From Anthoceros angustus (lineage: Eukaryota > Plantae > Anthocerotophyta), in assembly GCA_010909165.1 (NCBI GenBank), contig MU008192.1, positions 248,001-312,000 of the forward strand: a stretch of DNA of 64,000 nt, read 5' to 3'. Shown piece after piece: positions 39,837 to 51,583 of the stretch; within the stretch, counting starts at the first letter, position 1, and every line of letters begins with the position of its first letter. The notes below the pieces were generated by a model, which was not told the origin of the DNA, ran no database searches, and was given only the letters and a program-made list of their open reading frames with translations. A program made the position numbers and the translations under genes.

Positions 39837-40593
39837 TGGCCTCGTCTGGAACCTACAACCATGCTTTACAAGATTGTTTGTGTTCAGGGTTTTATTCGGG
39901 TTTTGATTCCCTTCGTTCCCTCGTCGGCACACCACAAGGTGTCGCATTCACTTTGTACAGAATAGCTTCCTCGCCGAATTATCATCAATCGAAACATTTA
40001 TCTCTGGTACACGTATGGGTCACAGGAAAATAAATCTAATAGAAATACAAAAACATTCGTTTTGGAATAGACCCAATTTTTTTTTTGTCAGGAACGATCC
40101 GAAGCGATGTGTCGAACTTTTTTTGTTCTTTTGCAGCTGGAGTTGTAGGATAGTGTTAGAAAGGAAGGTAGGAAGTTTAGGTAAAAAGACATAATGCGAA
40201 ATGGCCTTCGGGAGAGGAGGGTAGGTGCCAAACGTAGTCGGGCACAGGTGCCAAACGTAGTCGGGCACATCAGCTCCTACCGTCGTAGGTCCATACCTAC
40301 CACCATAGGGAGGGGCACCATACCTACCACCATAGGGAGGGGCACCTACCATCGTAAGGGTGCACCTACCACGGTAGGTGGTAACCTACGGGCGTAGGTT
40401 GTTCGAGTGTTCAGCATGTTCGGGCGACTATATGTCATTAGTGGGCGGATTAGGATAAATATGTCTTAAATAGGGTGATTAAAGATAATTCTAGATAATT
40501 AGGATAAATTCGGTACCCTCAAAGGAGAAGGGGACAGCTAAGGGGAAGGAAGCTAAGGCAGGAGGTTCGGATTCAGAAGAATGGGAGCTGGAA

Positions 40594-41365
40594 ATGCCAA
40601 GATTCATATGTTTTGTAGGCCAGATGTCCCGGAAGGACTTGATGGATTTTAGGCCTGAGGCGAGCAAGGAGAATATTCAACTGCAGTGGGTGTATGGTAG
40701 GCATTGGGTCTACTCGAATTTGGAATTGATTGAGGAGTGCTATGCAAGCCTCCATCAATTGGAGGAGGACTTGGTAGCCCTACCGACAAGGAATGCCAGG
40801 ATTGATCCCCGATGTTGGACGGTACGCAACATAAGGCAGGTGTATGAAAGACCTCATAGTGAAGATAGCGGGATTGTTCTTATGAAGAGAACTAGTGATG
40901 GGAAAAGGTCTTCCAGGCCACCTTTGAGGCAATAGCTCTTATGGTGGGAGGAACCTAGCCGAAGACAAAGAATGGATGGAGGATGGAGAAAATAGCCGAC
41001 CTCAAGTGCAGACTTTTTAATTGCTAGGATTGTTCTTAGCCTAGTAAATTATCAGTGAACTTTGTACTTCAGCAATGCCTTCTTACATTTTATGTGGAGA
41101 GTGAAGCAAGGGGAGAAGTTAGACTGGGTCTTATCATGTATGAGGCCTACATACACCATTGAGAGAAGCTTCTCAAGCCCAATGCCTCGGATAAAGGGAG
41201 TGCATTGTCATTGTTATTTGAGTACCTACTGTGTGCACTTGTGGAAACAGAGCGATTGTTGACTCCTAAGGAGTTAAGTGATTTGTGGCAGCCTTTTGTT
41301 GTTGTCCATTTAGAGCCAGGAGTGGAGAGGCCCGTGCCCATTACCATAAGGGAGACACCGAAGTC
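40594..41365 (+). pseudogene. Gypsy accessory ORF remnant, joined directly to RT
   Basis: NIQLQWVYGRHWV..WTVRNIRQVY..FLHFMWRVKQGEKLDW; homologous to 43040-44100. Confidence 0.55.
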
Positions 41366-41374
41366 GAGGGCATG

Positions 41375-42090
41375 GAGTGGGACATTGTAGATCAACGATG
41401 CAAGGAGCTGGCCGCGGCTGGGCTAATCAGGAAGTCAACTTCTCAATATGCGGCAGCCACTGTGTTGTCACTTAAGAAGGACGAAAATGGTGAGGGGAAG
41501 GATAGGCGAATGTGTGGAGATTACCGTGCCTTGAATGAAGTGACTCCCATGGAACGGTATCCCATGCCCACTCCTGACGAGATTTTGGACGCTATTGGGG
41601 AGGCAAAGTACTTCACCACATTGGATTTTCGATCTGGTTTCAATCAGATTGTCATTGAGGAAGAAGACAAGTGCAAGACAGCGTTTTGGGGCAAGGAACA
41701 ACTCTGGGAATGGGAAACAATACCATTTGGCTTAAAGAACGCCTCCATATATTTCCAACGAGTAGCTGATTTGGAACTACAGGGACTGTCATTCGTAAGG
41801 TGCTACATTGACGACATCTTGGTGTTCAACAACAGTCTGGAGGAACACCTCGAACTCTTGGAAGTCTTACTGCAAAGATTGGCCAAGTCAGGGCTGAAGG
41901 CTCACCCAAAGAAATGTAAATTCGCATATAGGAAGATAGAATACTTGGGGCACAAGATTGTGCCAGGAGGAGTGTTACCGCAGTTGGCCAAAGTGCAGGC
42001 TGTGAATCTCATGCCTAGACCTAGAGATGTTGCTGCCTTGAGGGCGTTCCTGGGGCTTGTAAACTATTATCGTCGGTACATCAGAAACAT
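41375..42090 (+). mobile_element. Ty3/Gypsy family A RT fragment
   Basis: Very similar protein to 20154-21123; PFGLKNA, YIDD, LRAFLGLVNYYRR. Confidence 0.92.
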
Positions 42091-43039
42091 GAGCGGATGT
42101 GGAACACCGAATTTTGGGTCCACGGTTAGAGAAGAGGCGGATGCCTCCTAGTTTTGTTCATATTAGTTAGGTTTCATTTTTCATTTTTCTTTTTCTTACC
42201 AAGAGATTGCTGAAGGGAAGGTACCAACGAGAAGTTGCCCGATGAGAAGCGGGAGGACAGGTTGACAGTCCTCCGACGGGATGAACGGCACGGAGAGGAA
42301 CGGGACCTGAGGAGGGGTCCAACGGCTAGTTCGGACGGAGGACCGGTCAGGAGGGTCGGAAAACTTACGCGCGAGGAGGCAATTCACCGAATCCCGAACC
42401 TGAAGTATCGAGCGTCGGTACCAAACGTAGAAGTGGCGGCGCTAGATTACTCCTCGGCTGCGTCAATCCGTCACTCTCCACATGCAATGGGAGTAAACTT
42501 CTACTCCGACTGAAGAATGCACGTGTGAGGAGATTTGCGCGAGCATGTGCCACCGCCATCCCTTGGCGATTTGTGAGGAAGTCAGGTGCAAGAGGAAGAC
42601 TGAAGGGAGCACATGCAAGGCGTATATAGGATAATTCTCCTTGGTGCTCGGAGTTGTGGAAAATCGCGCATCCTCCTTGCAATTGGCCTTCGGCAAATTT
42701 TGGTCGAGCTGAAGCCTGGACGGTGTCGGGCGGTCTTAGGGTTGCAACGTGGCAGCGAACTGACCCCCTGGTGCATGGCCATCAATTTTCTTTCCTTGGC
42801 CTTTGGCAAATGAAGAACAGTTGACGTTTTTGTTGAAATTTGATGGTGTATAGAGTCCTTGGCCTTCGGACAGCTAGAGGTTTTGTCCTCGGCCTTTGGG
42901 GTTTTGAAATTGTAGCGGAAGTATATAAGGAGGGAGCTGGATGATGATAAACCATTCAGACTGATAGGAGGAACTGAGAGGAGGAGCGACTGGAGCGCTC
43001 TCTAGAGAAAAAGGGTCTGCAGGAACCCTTGGTCGTGAC

Positions 43040-44100
43040 TTGGAGAGACGTGAGGGGTTTTTCCAGCAGAGGGAAATGGAGAAGATGAAGATGCGCAACA
43101 GTCCAGGAGGTGTGCGCAAGCCTTCCAGCAGCAAGGAGGCGACGGCCATGTCGACGAAGGAGAAGAAGAAGGAGAAGCCTGTGAAGGAGAAGGCCGAAAA
43201 AGAGCAGGCCGAGAAGGAGGGGCCAGAGTTTCTATGTTTCAGTGAGCAAGTCTCTTCGAGGGACTTGTGGGATTTTCGGCAATGGGTTGTTGATGATAAC
43301 GTGCAGCTGCAGTGGGCTTACGACAGGCATTGGGTCTGATGTGGATTTGGTAGAGTCTTGCTACAAGTAGCTCAAGCTCACGGCGGAAGAGGCGGAGAAA
43401 ATGGATGAAAGAAACGTCCGGACAGATTCGAAGGGATGGACTGTCCAGCACATGCGCAAGGTGTATGGGAGGCTAGAAAGCGAGAAGGATGGTGTGGCTC
43501 CCACCGAGAGAAATGAAGAAGGCAAGAGGGCAGTAGTGGCTGATCTTCCTGAGGAAGCTCTCAGCATGGTTATCGGAGGGGTGGACGCAAAGATGCGCAA
43601 CGGCTGGAGGACAGACAAGATTGCGAACCTCAAGTGGAAGCTTTTTACAAGGATAGTGCTGGGGCTGACCTGCTGTCAGCGAACCACTTACTTCGCGTTC
43701 TTTCATTTTATGTGGAGATTGAAGCAAGGAGCTCATCCTGACTAGGGGACAGCCATGCTGACTGCTTATGAGCATCACCGAGACAAGTTGCTGAGGCCAA
43801 ACATAGTGGACAATGAAGGAGCGAGGCACAGGCATTTGAGCACTTACCTGGTGCATTTGTGGGCGGCACATGGAGTACTCACAGAAGAGGAGTTGGAGGA
43901 ATCTTACCAGCCATTTAAAGTGGTCCCTCTTCGGGATGGTACAGGGGTCCCTCGCCAAAAGAAGGTTAAGAAGGCGAAGGAGGAACCCAAGGTGAAGCAA
44001 GGGAGTGCTTCACCTCAGGTGGTGGTTTTGGATGATGAGGCCACGCAGGCATCTAACGCCCAGGAAGGAGAGGTGCATGTGGAGTGCCAATCCGGTGTTC
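43040..44100 (+). pseudogene. Retrotransposon accessory ORF resembling Athila/Tat extra ORFs (putative plant transposon protein-like)
   Basis: ORFs 43040..43339, 43401..43745 and 43755 onward join up. The MWRLKQGAHPDWG..LSTYLVHLWAAHGV pattern is typical of such ORFs; the family assignment is inferred. Confidence 0.5.
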
Positions 44101-44260
44101 ATGACCCCGGCAGCTTGTTTTGGGCTAGATTTGTTTTTTTTTTTTTGATGTTACTTCTTAGCAGGGATAGGGCGGAGTTAGCCAATAAGGCTATTTTTGG
44201 CCAGATTGCACTTAGTGTGCAATCCCTAGACCCTCGGTCCGTTACAGGCCGGAGCGGTCC

Positions 44261-44368
44261 GGGCGGGGTCCGACGGAGTGGTCTGTCTGGGCGGGGTCCG
44301 ACGGAGTGGTCCGTCCGCACGGGGTCCGACCGAGTGGTCCGGCCAGGCGGGGTCCGACTGAGTGGTCC
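44261..44368. repeat. 4 x 28-bp tandem repeat (GGGCGGGGTCCGACGGAGTGGTCyGTCy) in an LTR/promoter-like block
   Basis: Units start at 44261, 44289, 44317 and 44345; TATA-like GTATAAA near 44538. Confidence 0.85.
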
Positions 44369-44814
44369 TGCCATGCGACTTAGTTCGGTCGGGCGGCATA
44401 GTCTAGAATGGATCTGTTGCTGGGCAGGAGAGCGGCCGGTGGAGGAAGTCCGGCGAAATGATGAGCTACGGCATGGCGGTTACAACGACCTAGGGTTAGG
44501 GTTCATAACTAGGTGGGTTAGATTAGGGTGTGAGGGAGTATAAAGAGGCCTAGGCGCCCAAGACCGGGGGACTATCCCGGGTACCATCTTCGCACTCCGT
44601 GTGCTCTTGCCTCCCGTGTTCGAGGAGCGGAGTGTGTTCCTGCGTCACCGTGCAGGACTAATTAGTGGTAGAGGGATGTGTTGAGAGTTCTGGTGACGAG
44701 CTCCGCCAACACGCTTGATGGGTGCAGACCGGGGCGGGGTTGAGCGTGAAGGAAGTCAGGGGTTTGACTCGGCGGATGTTGACAACCCTTGAAGACGAAG
44801 CAAGTGTCTAAGAT

Positions 44815-45260
44815 TTGCCACAGGAGGTAGCAATGATGTCATTGCTGACCTTCGAACCAAGCATCTATGTGGAGAAGCGGAATGCTGCACGAGTGGGGGT
44901 GGCTTTGGTCAACAATCGGGAGAGGCACATTGAAATCAATGGATTCCCACCAAGGAGGGTGTTGATTGACACCGGAGCACAGCTAGTGATCGTTGGAAGA
45001 AGAGTGAAGAAAGCGTTGGGTCTCCACCAAGAAAGGTTGAAGGAAACCAAGTGGAAGATCCAAACTACAGCTAGGACCACGGAGCATGTGTTGGAGGTGA
45101 CAAGGTACAAGCTGAAGGTTTCATTCAAACCAAGAACAGCTGACTTCACCTTTGTCGAGGTACACCGCTGGTCACCGATGCACATTTGATGTCTTGGAGC
45201 GGACGCTTTGTACAAACTCGAGTCATGGTGGATTTGTGGACGGAGATAATCTACTATCGA
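44815..45260 (+). CDS. Retropepsin-type aspartic protease domain of pol
   Basis: HIEINGFPPRRVLIDTGAQLVIVG, followed by a DVL-like flap motif near 45190. Confidence 0.85.
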
Positions 45261-45662
45261 CCAGGCTGGAGAAGCTGGAGCAAAACCGATGAACGGATTG
45301 CCGCATCCTCCGCATGCATGGCAAGGATCATGAGAACCTCATTGCCAGCGTCTACCCAGTGTTTGGCGCCGTGGTGAAGGACACGCCATACGTGCTTGAA
45401 CCTCTTGGCGTGTGTCTAACAACATCGACGATGGAGGATTTCGACGAGGAGGAGGAAAACAAGCTAGGGTTGCAACCACCCTCGGAGGAGGTTCTTCAAG
45501 TCACCGGACGAGCGGTGATCAGCAATGAGCCGTGCAAAAGGCTGTGGAGGATGGTGCAAGAGGACCGGTGCCCTATGAGCCGAGAACGCTGTAAGTTCTT
45601 GCCTAGGGTTGAGCCTGCTTGTGACCTAAACACCTGTGTCATCACATGGCGACCTGGAAGAC

Positions 45663-46560
45663 ATAGTGCTCGTGGAACTCTTTGGAGGCATCGCACGGCT
45701 TGGAAGCAGTAAAGTGTGGCATCAAAGTGCGAAGATACGTGCATTGTGACCCGGATCCAAAAGCAAGGATTGTGTCACGTGTAAGAGACTTGATGGGGAG
45801 TACCTAACCTCGGCGTGGGAGTCGGTGAAGGGTTACCGTGGCGCCGATGGATGTTCGCATGATAGGGTTGTCCCATTTGAGTTGTCTTGGGCAACCGGTG
45901 GACCTTGTCATCGCAGTTGGGAGTGTCAAGGACTATCCTCCGCAGCAAGGGTCAAGGTCTCAAGGATCCACGAACAGATTGTTCTATGACAATGAGGATC
46001 TTGCGCTTGATCCGAAAGGGCAAGAAAGGCCTTGTGGATACATGTTGGAGAATGTGCCGATGCATGAGCGTGAAGAAGCAAGTTCGGAGGATTTTGCCAC
46101 GATCCGAGGAGTGTTGGGTCGAGCTTCTATTGGATGCGACTCAATTTGGTTCGAGGGCTCATAGGTTGAGGTCCATGTGGACTAACCTTGCTCCTTGGAA
46201 CATTTGAAGTGTGCGAGGTCGCTCACCAAGCGACCTAATCATGTTGTCAAGGATGTGCTAGCATCGGAAGGCATGCCCAACAAGTCATCAAGACCGACAA
46301 GCCGCACTGTGAACACGCCTGGACACCCCATGGCGGCTTGGCCAACCTTTGTGTCCAAGTCCAAGTCTTACGCCTTGGGAACCATGGCCCCTGCATTGTG
46401 GTGGACAGACATGGCGAGGTTTTGGAGAGCCAACACCACGAGAGGGAGTTGGCCATGGGATTTGATCCGAGCCACGAAGACACCGGAGTGACCGAGAAGG
46501 AACGGTGTCGATTGCTTGGGCAAGCATTTGACGTGAACATGATGACTGGTTGTTTAGCTG
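45663..46560 (+). CDS. DNMT3-like C5 cytosine methyltransferase domain inside pol (frameshifted in this assembly)
   Basis: Motif I IVLVELFGGI.. LEAVKCGIKVRRYV (DNMT3A: VLSLFDGIATG..LGIQVDRYI); III DVRMIGLSHL; IV PVDLVIA(G)WECQGLS with Cys TGT at 45924-45926; VI YMLENV at 46048-46056; VIII LLDATQFGSRAHRLRSMWTNL; IX ERELAMGF; X ERCRLLGQAFDV (DNMT3A: ARQRLLGRSWSV). Confidence 0.9.
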
Positions 46561-47789
46561 GAGTCGCTTACCAACTTCAAACCAAGAAGGCGGGGTTGAA
46601 GCGCGGGTTCGGTGGGTGAAGGATATTCGACTCGCATCTCAGGAGAAGGCGAGTTTGAGGGCAAGGAGAGCGAGCACGTAGAGGAAGCGTGCAAGCCATC
46701 CGAGCCACACCACATGAGTGGTTAACAGGCGTCGAGTTGAAGAGCAATCAAGCGTCGGCTAAAGGAGTTGTTGGAGGCATCGCGACATGTGTTTGCTTTC
46801 ACGCTTGCGGAGATGGGGAAGTACACCAAAGGGAAGTTCCACATAGATCGACCACGGATGAACCAGGTGCAGAGGGCAGTGCAAGGCCGAGTGGGATTTG
46901 GTTGAGAATCGATGCCAAGAGCTTCTCAAGCTAGGGCTGATTCGACGATCTAACTTGACGCATGCGGCTCCAAAAGAAGGATGGGAATGGATTGTGGACG
47001 GAGAGGAGAATGTGTGGTGACTATCGGCCGTTGAACAAGCGAATCCCACATAACCACTATCCCATGCCGACGGCCGAAGAGATCTTCGACACCATTGGGT
47101 ATGCCATTGGACTTGAGGCTAGGGTTTCGCCAAGTAGAGATCGCCAAAGAAGACAAGAAGAAAACGGTGTTCTGGGGCAGAAATTGCTTGTACGAGTGGA
47201 ACTACATGCCATTTGGGTTGAAGACATCGCCAACGCAGTTCCAAAGGTACATGGACAATGAGCTCAAGGACTTGCATTTCGCCAAGTGCTACATTGATGA
47301 TGTCATCATCTTCAGCAATACCTTTGAGGAGCATCTACAACATCTTCGAGCGCCTTTGCTAGACGGCTTGTGGGTTGAAGGCCCATCCAGGAAGTGTCGA
47401 TTTGGAGAGGATAAGGTGTTGTACTTGGGTCATTGGATCACGCTGACTCGCCGCATGCCACCAAGGTGGAGGCAATCGCGCATTCGAGCCAAACGACATC
47501 TCAAGTTGAGGGCATTCTTGGGTTTGGCGGTTACTACGGAAGTTCATTCCGATGGATGAGCGGATTGCGCGCCATTGAATGACTTGTTGAAGAAGTTGGT
47601 GACTTGGCGTTGGACTCAAGAGGAGGAGTCTTTCATGGAGTTGAAGGGTAGACTCATGAGCTCGCCAATTCTTGGTCATCCAAACTTCAGCCGTCGACTT
47701 TACATCGGGAGCAAGTACGATAGGGCCTTGGCGCAGATCAATGACAAGGAAGAGGAACATGTCATTGCCTATGCCACGGAGCAACAACC

Positions 47790-49408
47790 GGTGAGTCCAA
47801 CTACTCGCCTATGAAGGAGAATGTCTTGCGCAATGTGGGTCGGACACTTTCGTCCGTACTTGTTTGGACATCAATTTCGACTAATCACCATCAACCCTTG
47901 CATTGGTTGATGACGAACGCCAAGCTTAAGGTGAAAGTGGCGAGGTGGGCTCTCATTCTCCGAGTATGACTTTGTCATCGAACACCGAGCGTAGAGTTCA
48001 CTCTAATGCCGATGGTTGTCAAGGAATCCTCTACCTCGTGAAGACACTACGGGGCCAGGCAAGATTCGGATGACGAGCAACCGGTGGGGGAGAGTAGTCC
48101 AGATACCATGTTGGCCATGCTGCATGAGGATGTCAAGATGCCCTCCACTCATCGCTTTGAGAGTCCGCTGTGACATCCGGATGCAATAGCGGTGACCTTC
48201 CTAAGGTCGGGAATTGCCACAAGGGCTTTCATCTCGAGCGGCCAAGCTACGCGAGAAGGTGGCTCGATTATTGGAAGGAGGACATAATGTATGTCCGTGA
48301 TTCTGGAGATAGAATTGTACCCAAGCCGGAGGACCGGTGAGTCCAACTACTACGCCTATGAAGGAGAATGTCTTGCGTGTGGGCTGGACACTTTCGTCCG
48401 TACTTGTTTGGACATCAATTTCGACTAATCAAACCATCAACCCTTGCATTGGTTGATGACGAACGCCAAGCTTACGGAAAGCGGCGGTGGGCTCTCATTC
48501 TCCGAGTATGACTTTGTCATCGAACACCGAGCGTAGAGTTCACTCTAATGCCGATGGGTTGTCAAGGAATCCTCTACCTCGAACGAAGACGGGGCAAGAG
48601 GGCAAGAGATGAGCAACCGGCTGGGGGAGAGTAGTCCAGATACCATGTTGGCCATGCTGCATGAGGATGTCAAGATGCCCTCCACTCATCGCTTTGTATG
48701 CAGAGTCCGCTGTGACATCCGGATGCAATAGCGGTGACCTTCCTAAGGTCGGGAATTGCCACAAGGGCTTTCATCTCGGCCAAGCTACGCGAGAAGGTGG
48801 CTCGATTATTGGAAGGAGGACATAATGTATGTCCGTGATTCTGGAGATAGAATTGTACCCAAGCCGGAGGACCGGTGAGTCCAACTACTACGCCTATGAA
48901 GGAGAATGTCTTGCGTGTGGGCTGGACACTTTCGTCCGTACTTGTTTGGACATCAATTTCGACTAATCAAACCATCAACCCTTGCATTGGTTGATGACGA
49001 ACGCCAAGCTTACGGAAAGCGGCGGTGGGCTCTCATTCTCCGAGTATGACTTTGTCATCGAACACCGAGGTAGAGTTCACTCTAATCGATGGGTTGTCAA
49101 GGAATCCTCTCGTGAAGACACTACGGGGCAGGCAAGATTCGGATGACGAACACCGTGGGGAGAGTAGTCCAGATACCATGTTGGCCATCTTTGCATGAGG
49201 ATGTCAAGATGCCCTCCACTCATCGCTTTGTATGCGAGTCCGTCAGGACATCAGGCGGATGCAATAGCGGTGACCTTCCTAAGGTCGGGGTGCCACAAGG
49301 GCTTTCATCTCGAGCGGTGCCAAGCTAGAAGGTGGCTCGGTACTATTGGAAGGAGGACATAATGTATGTCCGTGATTCTGAGGAGATAGAATTGTACCCA
49401 AGCCGGAG
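47790..49408 (+). repeat. 3 tandem copies of a unit of about 540 bp (RNase H end and integrase linker)
   Basis: CCGGTGAGTCCAACTACT at about 47789, 48335 and 48872; each unit ends GTACCCAAGCCGGAGG. Confidence 0.88.
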
Positions 49409-51583
49409 GGTGAGACTCATCACCGTGTGCATGAAGGCTTAGGGCATTTTGGTGCTAAGCGCACCTACAGATGCTCAGCCCACACACTTTTGGGCAAGGA
49501 TGTATGGAGATGTGGAAAGGCGGTCGCGAATGTAGAGTGCGATCGAGTGAAGGCAAGGTTCACACCAATGATGTTGTGCTTCACTCTGCCGATCCGAGGA
49601 CTCTTCTGGTGGAGTGTGGATCTCATGCCGGACATGCCGAGACGCATCGGAAACAAGCATGTCATGCTAATGGTGGAGCATTTCAGCAAGTGGTGCGAGG
49701 TTGCCATCTTACCCAAGCGTGACTCTCGGCTTACCAAGAAGGCGTTCTTGGCTTCCGCTAGTCGATATGGAGCATGTGAGAGGTTCTCAGACGGGGCAAA
49801 GAATTCGTGGGGAATTTCAAGACTTGCTTGACAGAGCTTGATTGATCATCGACGACGCCGAGAGATCATCCTCAAGCCGATGGACTTGCCGAACGCTTGG
49901 TGCACCTTCAAGCGGGCCTTGCAAATATTGTCTCACAAATGACCAAGACATGGGATGAAGGGATGCCATACCTAGTGCTAGGGTACAGGTGAGCAATCAA
50001 GCGACCTTGAGCAATTTTTCACCATACTACTTGTTGTATGGGCGACAACCATTTTGCCAAACGTGAGGCAAGCAAGGCTACAAGCACCGGTGGATTGGCG
50101 CAATGCGGATGATTGCCTACGAGACCGGAAAGGCGGGCGAGCTTTTCAACGGATCATGCCCATGGCAATGGAGAACCTTGCCATAGCGCAACAGGGATCA
50201 AGCTGCGCTATGCTTACACACGAGGAGGACATGGAAACCCAAGGTGCGCAAGTTCGAAGTTGGAGATTATGTCTACCCGAGCCGTGCAACACCTTGGAGG
50301 TATCCACCAGAGTCATCTTGCGGGTCGTGCGAGTAGGCAAAGATGGAGTGCTTGAGCTCAAGGATCCGATGGTCAAGATGGAAGGATCACCTCAAGAATC
50401 GCACCATGCCACTTACCCAATTTGGACCCTCAACTACGGCCTACAATGTGGCGTCCACCCAAAGACTTGGAGTGTCGTTTGTGGACGATCGATGATGATG
50501 ATGTAATGCTTCTTTGTGATCGGTGCAATAGGGGATACCACATGTTTTGTGTTCAACCACCTCTTGACGACATTCCCGAGGAAGATTGGTTTTGTGCACA
50601 ATGCACTACATGAGGTGCGTCGTATGTAGTTCTACTAATGATAATGTTTGACTTGGAGTCTCACATTATCGGGGGATTGGTTTGCATTTATATATCTGTG
50701 TATTAGATTTGTTTGCTTGGTTGTTGGTCGAGGAAGTGCTTATATGAATTCAAGTGCTTACCTCGTGCGACAGCTGTCATGCCGTGTGATGCTAATCGCT
50801 GCACTTGGGTTTAGTATTTGATTACCACTAATTAATCTAATTACCTAACTTTAAGCAAGTAATTAGTGTTAATTAATCTAATTAATCTGATCTTATGTTA
50901 ATTAAGTATTGATTAGTGTTAATTAAACATAGTTAGCAATAGCTAAGTGGATAAGCTCAAGTAATATGCTTTGGCATATTCCTTGCATATTATAGTGTAT
51001 TCTTAGGATACAATAGCTAAGTGGATAAGCTCAAGTAATATGCTTTGGCATATTCCTTGCATATTATAGTGTATTCTTAGGATATTTCCGCACACGATGC
51101 CAATAGGATATCTTAGGAATATGCCGATGCCAGTCTAGTATATATAGACCCTTCCATTGAGGACAAGCTCGCATCATAGCTTGTCCTCTACATGCAATGC
51201 AAGAGCGTTGTGAGGAGGCCAAAGGTATGACCCGGCACGTGCGAGTAGGCAAAGATGGAGTGCTTGAGCTCGAAGGATCCGATGGCGAAGATGGAAGGAT
51301 CACCTCAAGAACTGCACCATGCCACTTACCCAATTTGGACCCTCAACTACGGCCTACAATGTGGCGTCCACCCAAAGACTTGGAGTGTCGGGTTTGTGGA
51401 CGTCGATGATGATGTAATGCTTCTTTGTGATCGGTGCAATAGGGGATACCACATGTTTTGTGTTCAACCACCTCTTGACGACATTCCAGGAAGATTGGTT
51501 TTGTGCACAATGCACTACATGAGGTGCGTATGTAGTTCTACTAATGATAATGTTTGACTTGGAGTCTCACATTATCGGGGGAT

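Noticed and set aside
40020-40397. GRYGAPPY repeat protein
   Set aside because: Produced by a 27-bp tandem duplication (40291-40344) in non-coding repeat DNA.
44261-44368. CRISPR-like array
   Set aside because: Contiguous 28-bp repeats without unique spacers, a eukaryotic context and no cas genes.
44488-44530. Interstitial telomeric repeat
   Set aside because: Only two or three scattered TTAGGG-like units, not an array.
45663-46560. Host DRM, CMT or MET1 gene that happens to lie among TEs
   Set aside because: Motif order is not permuted (not DRM), there is no chromodomain or BAH domain and no intron, and it is collinear and on the same strand between PR and RT.
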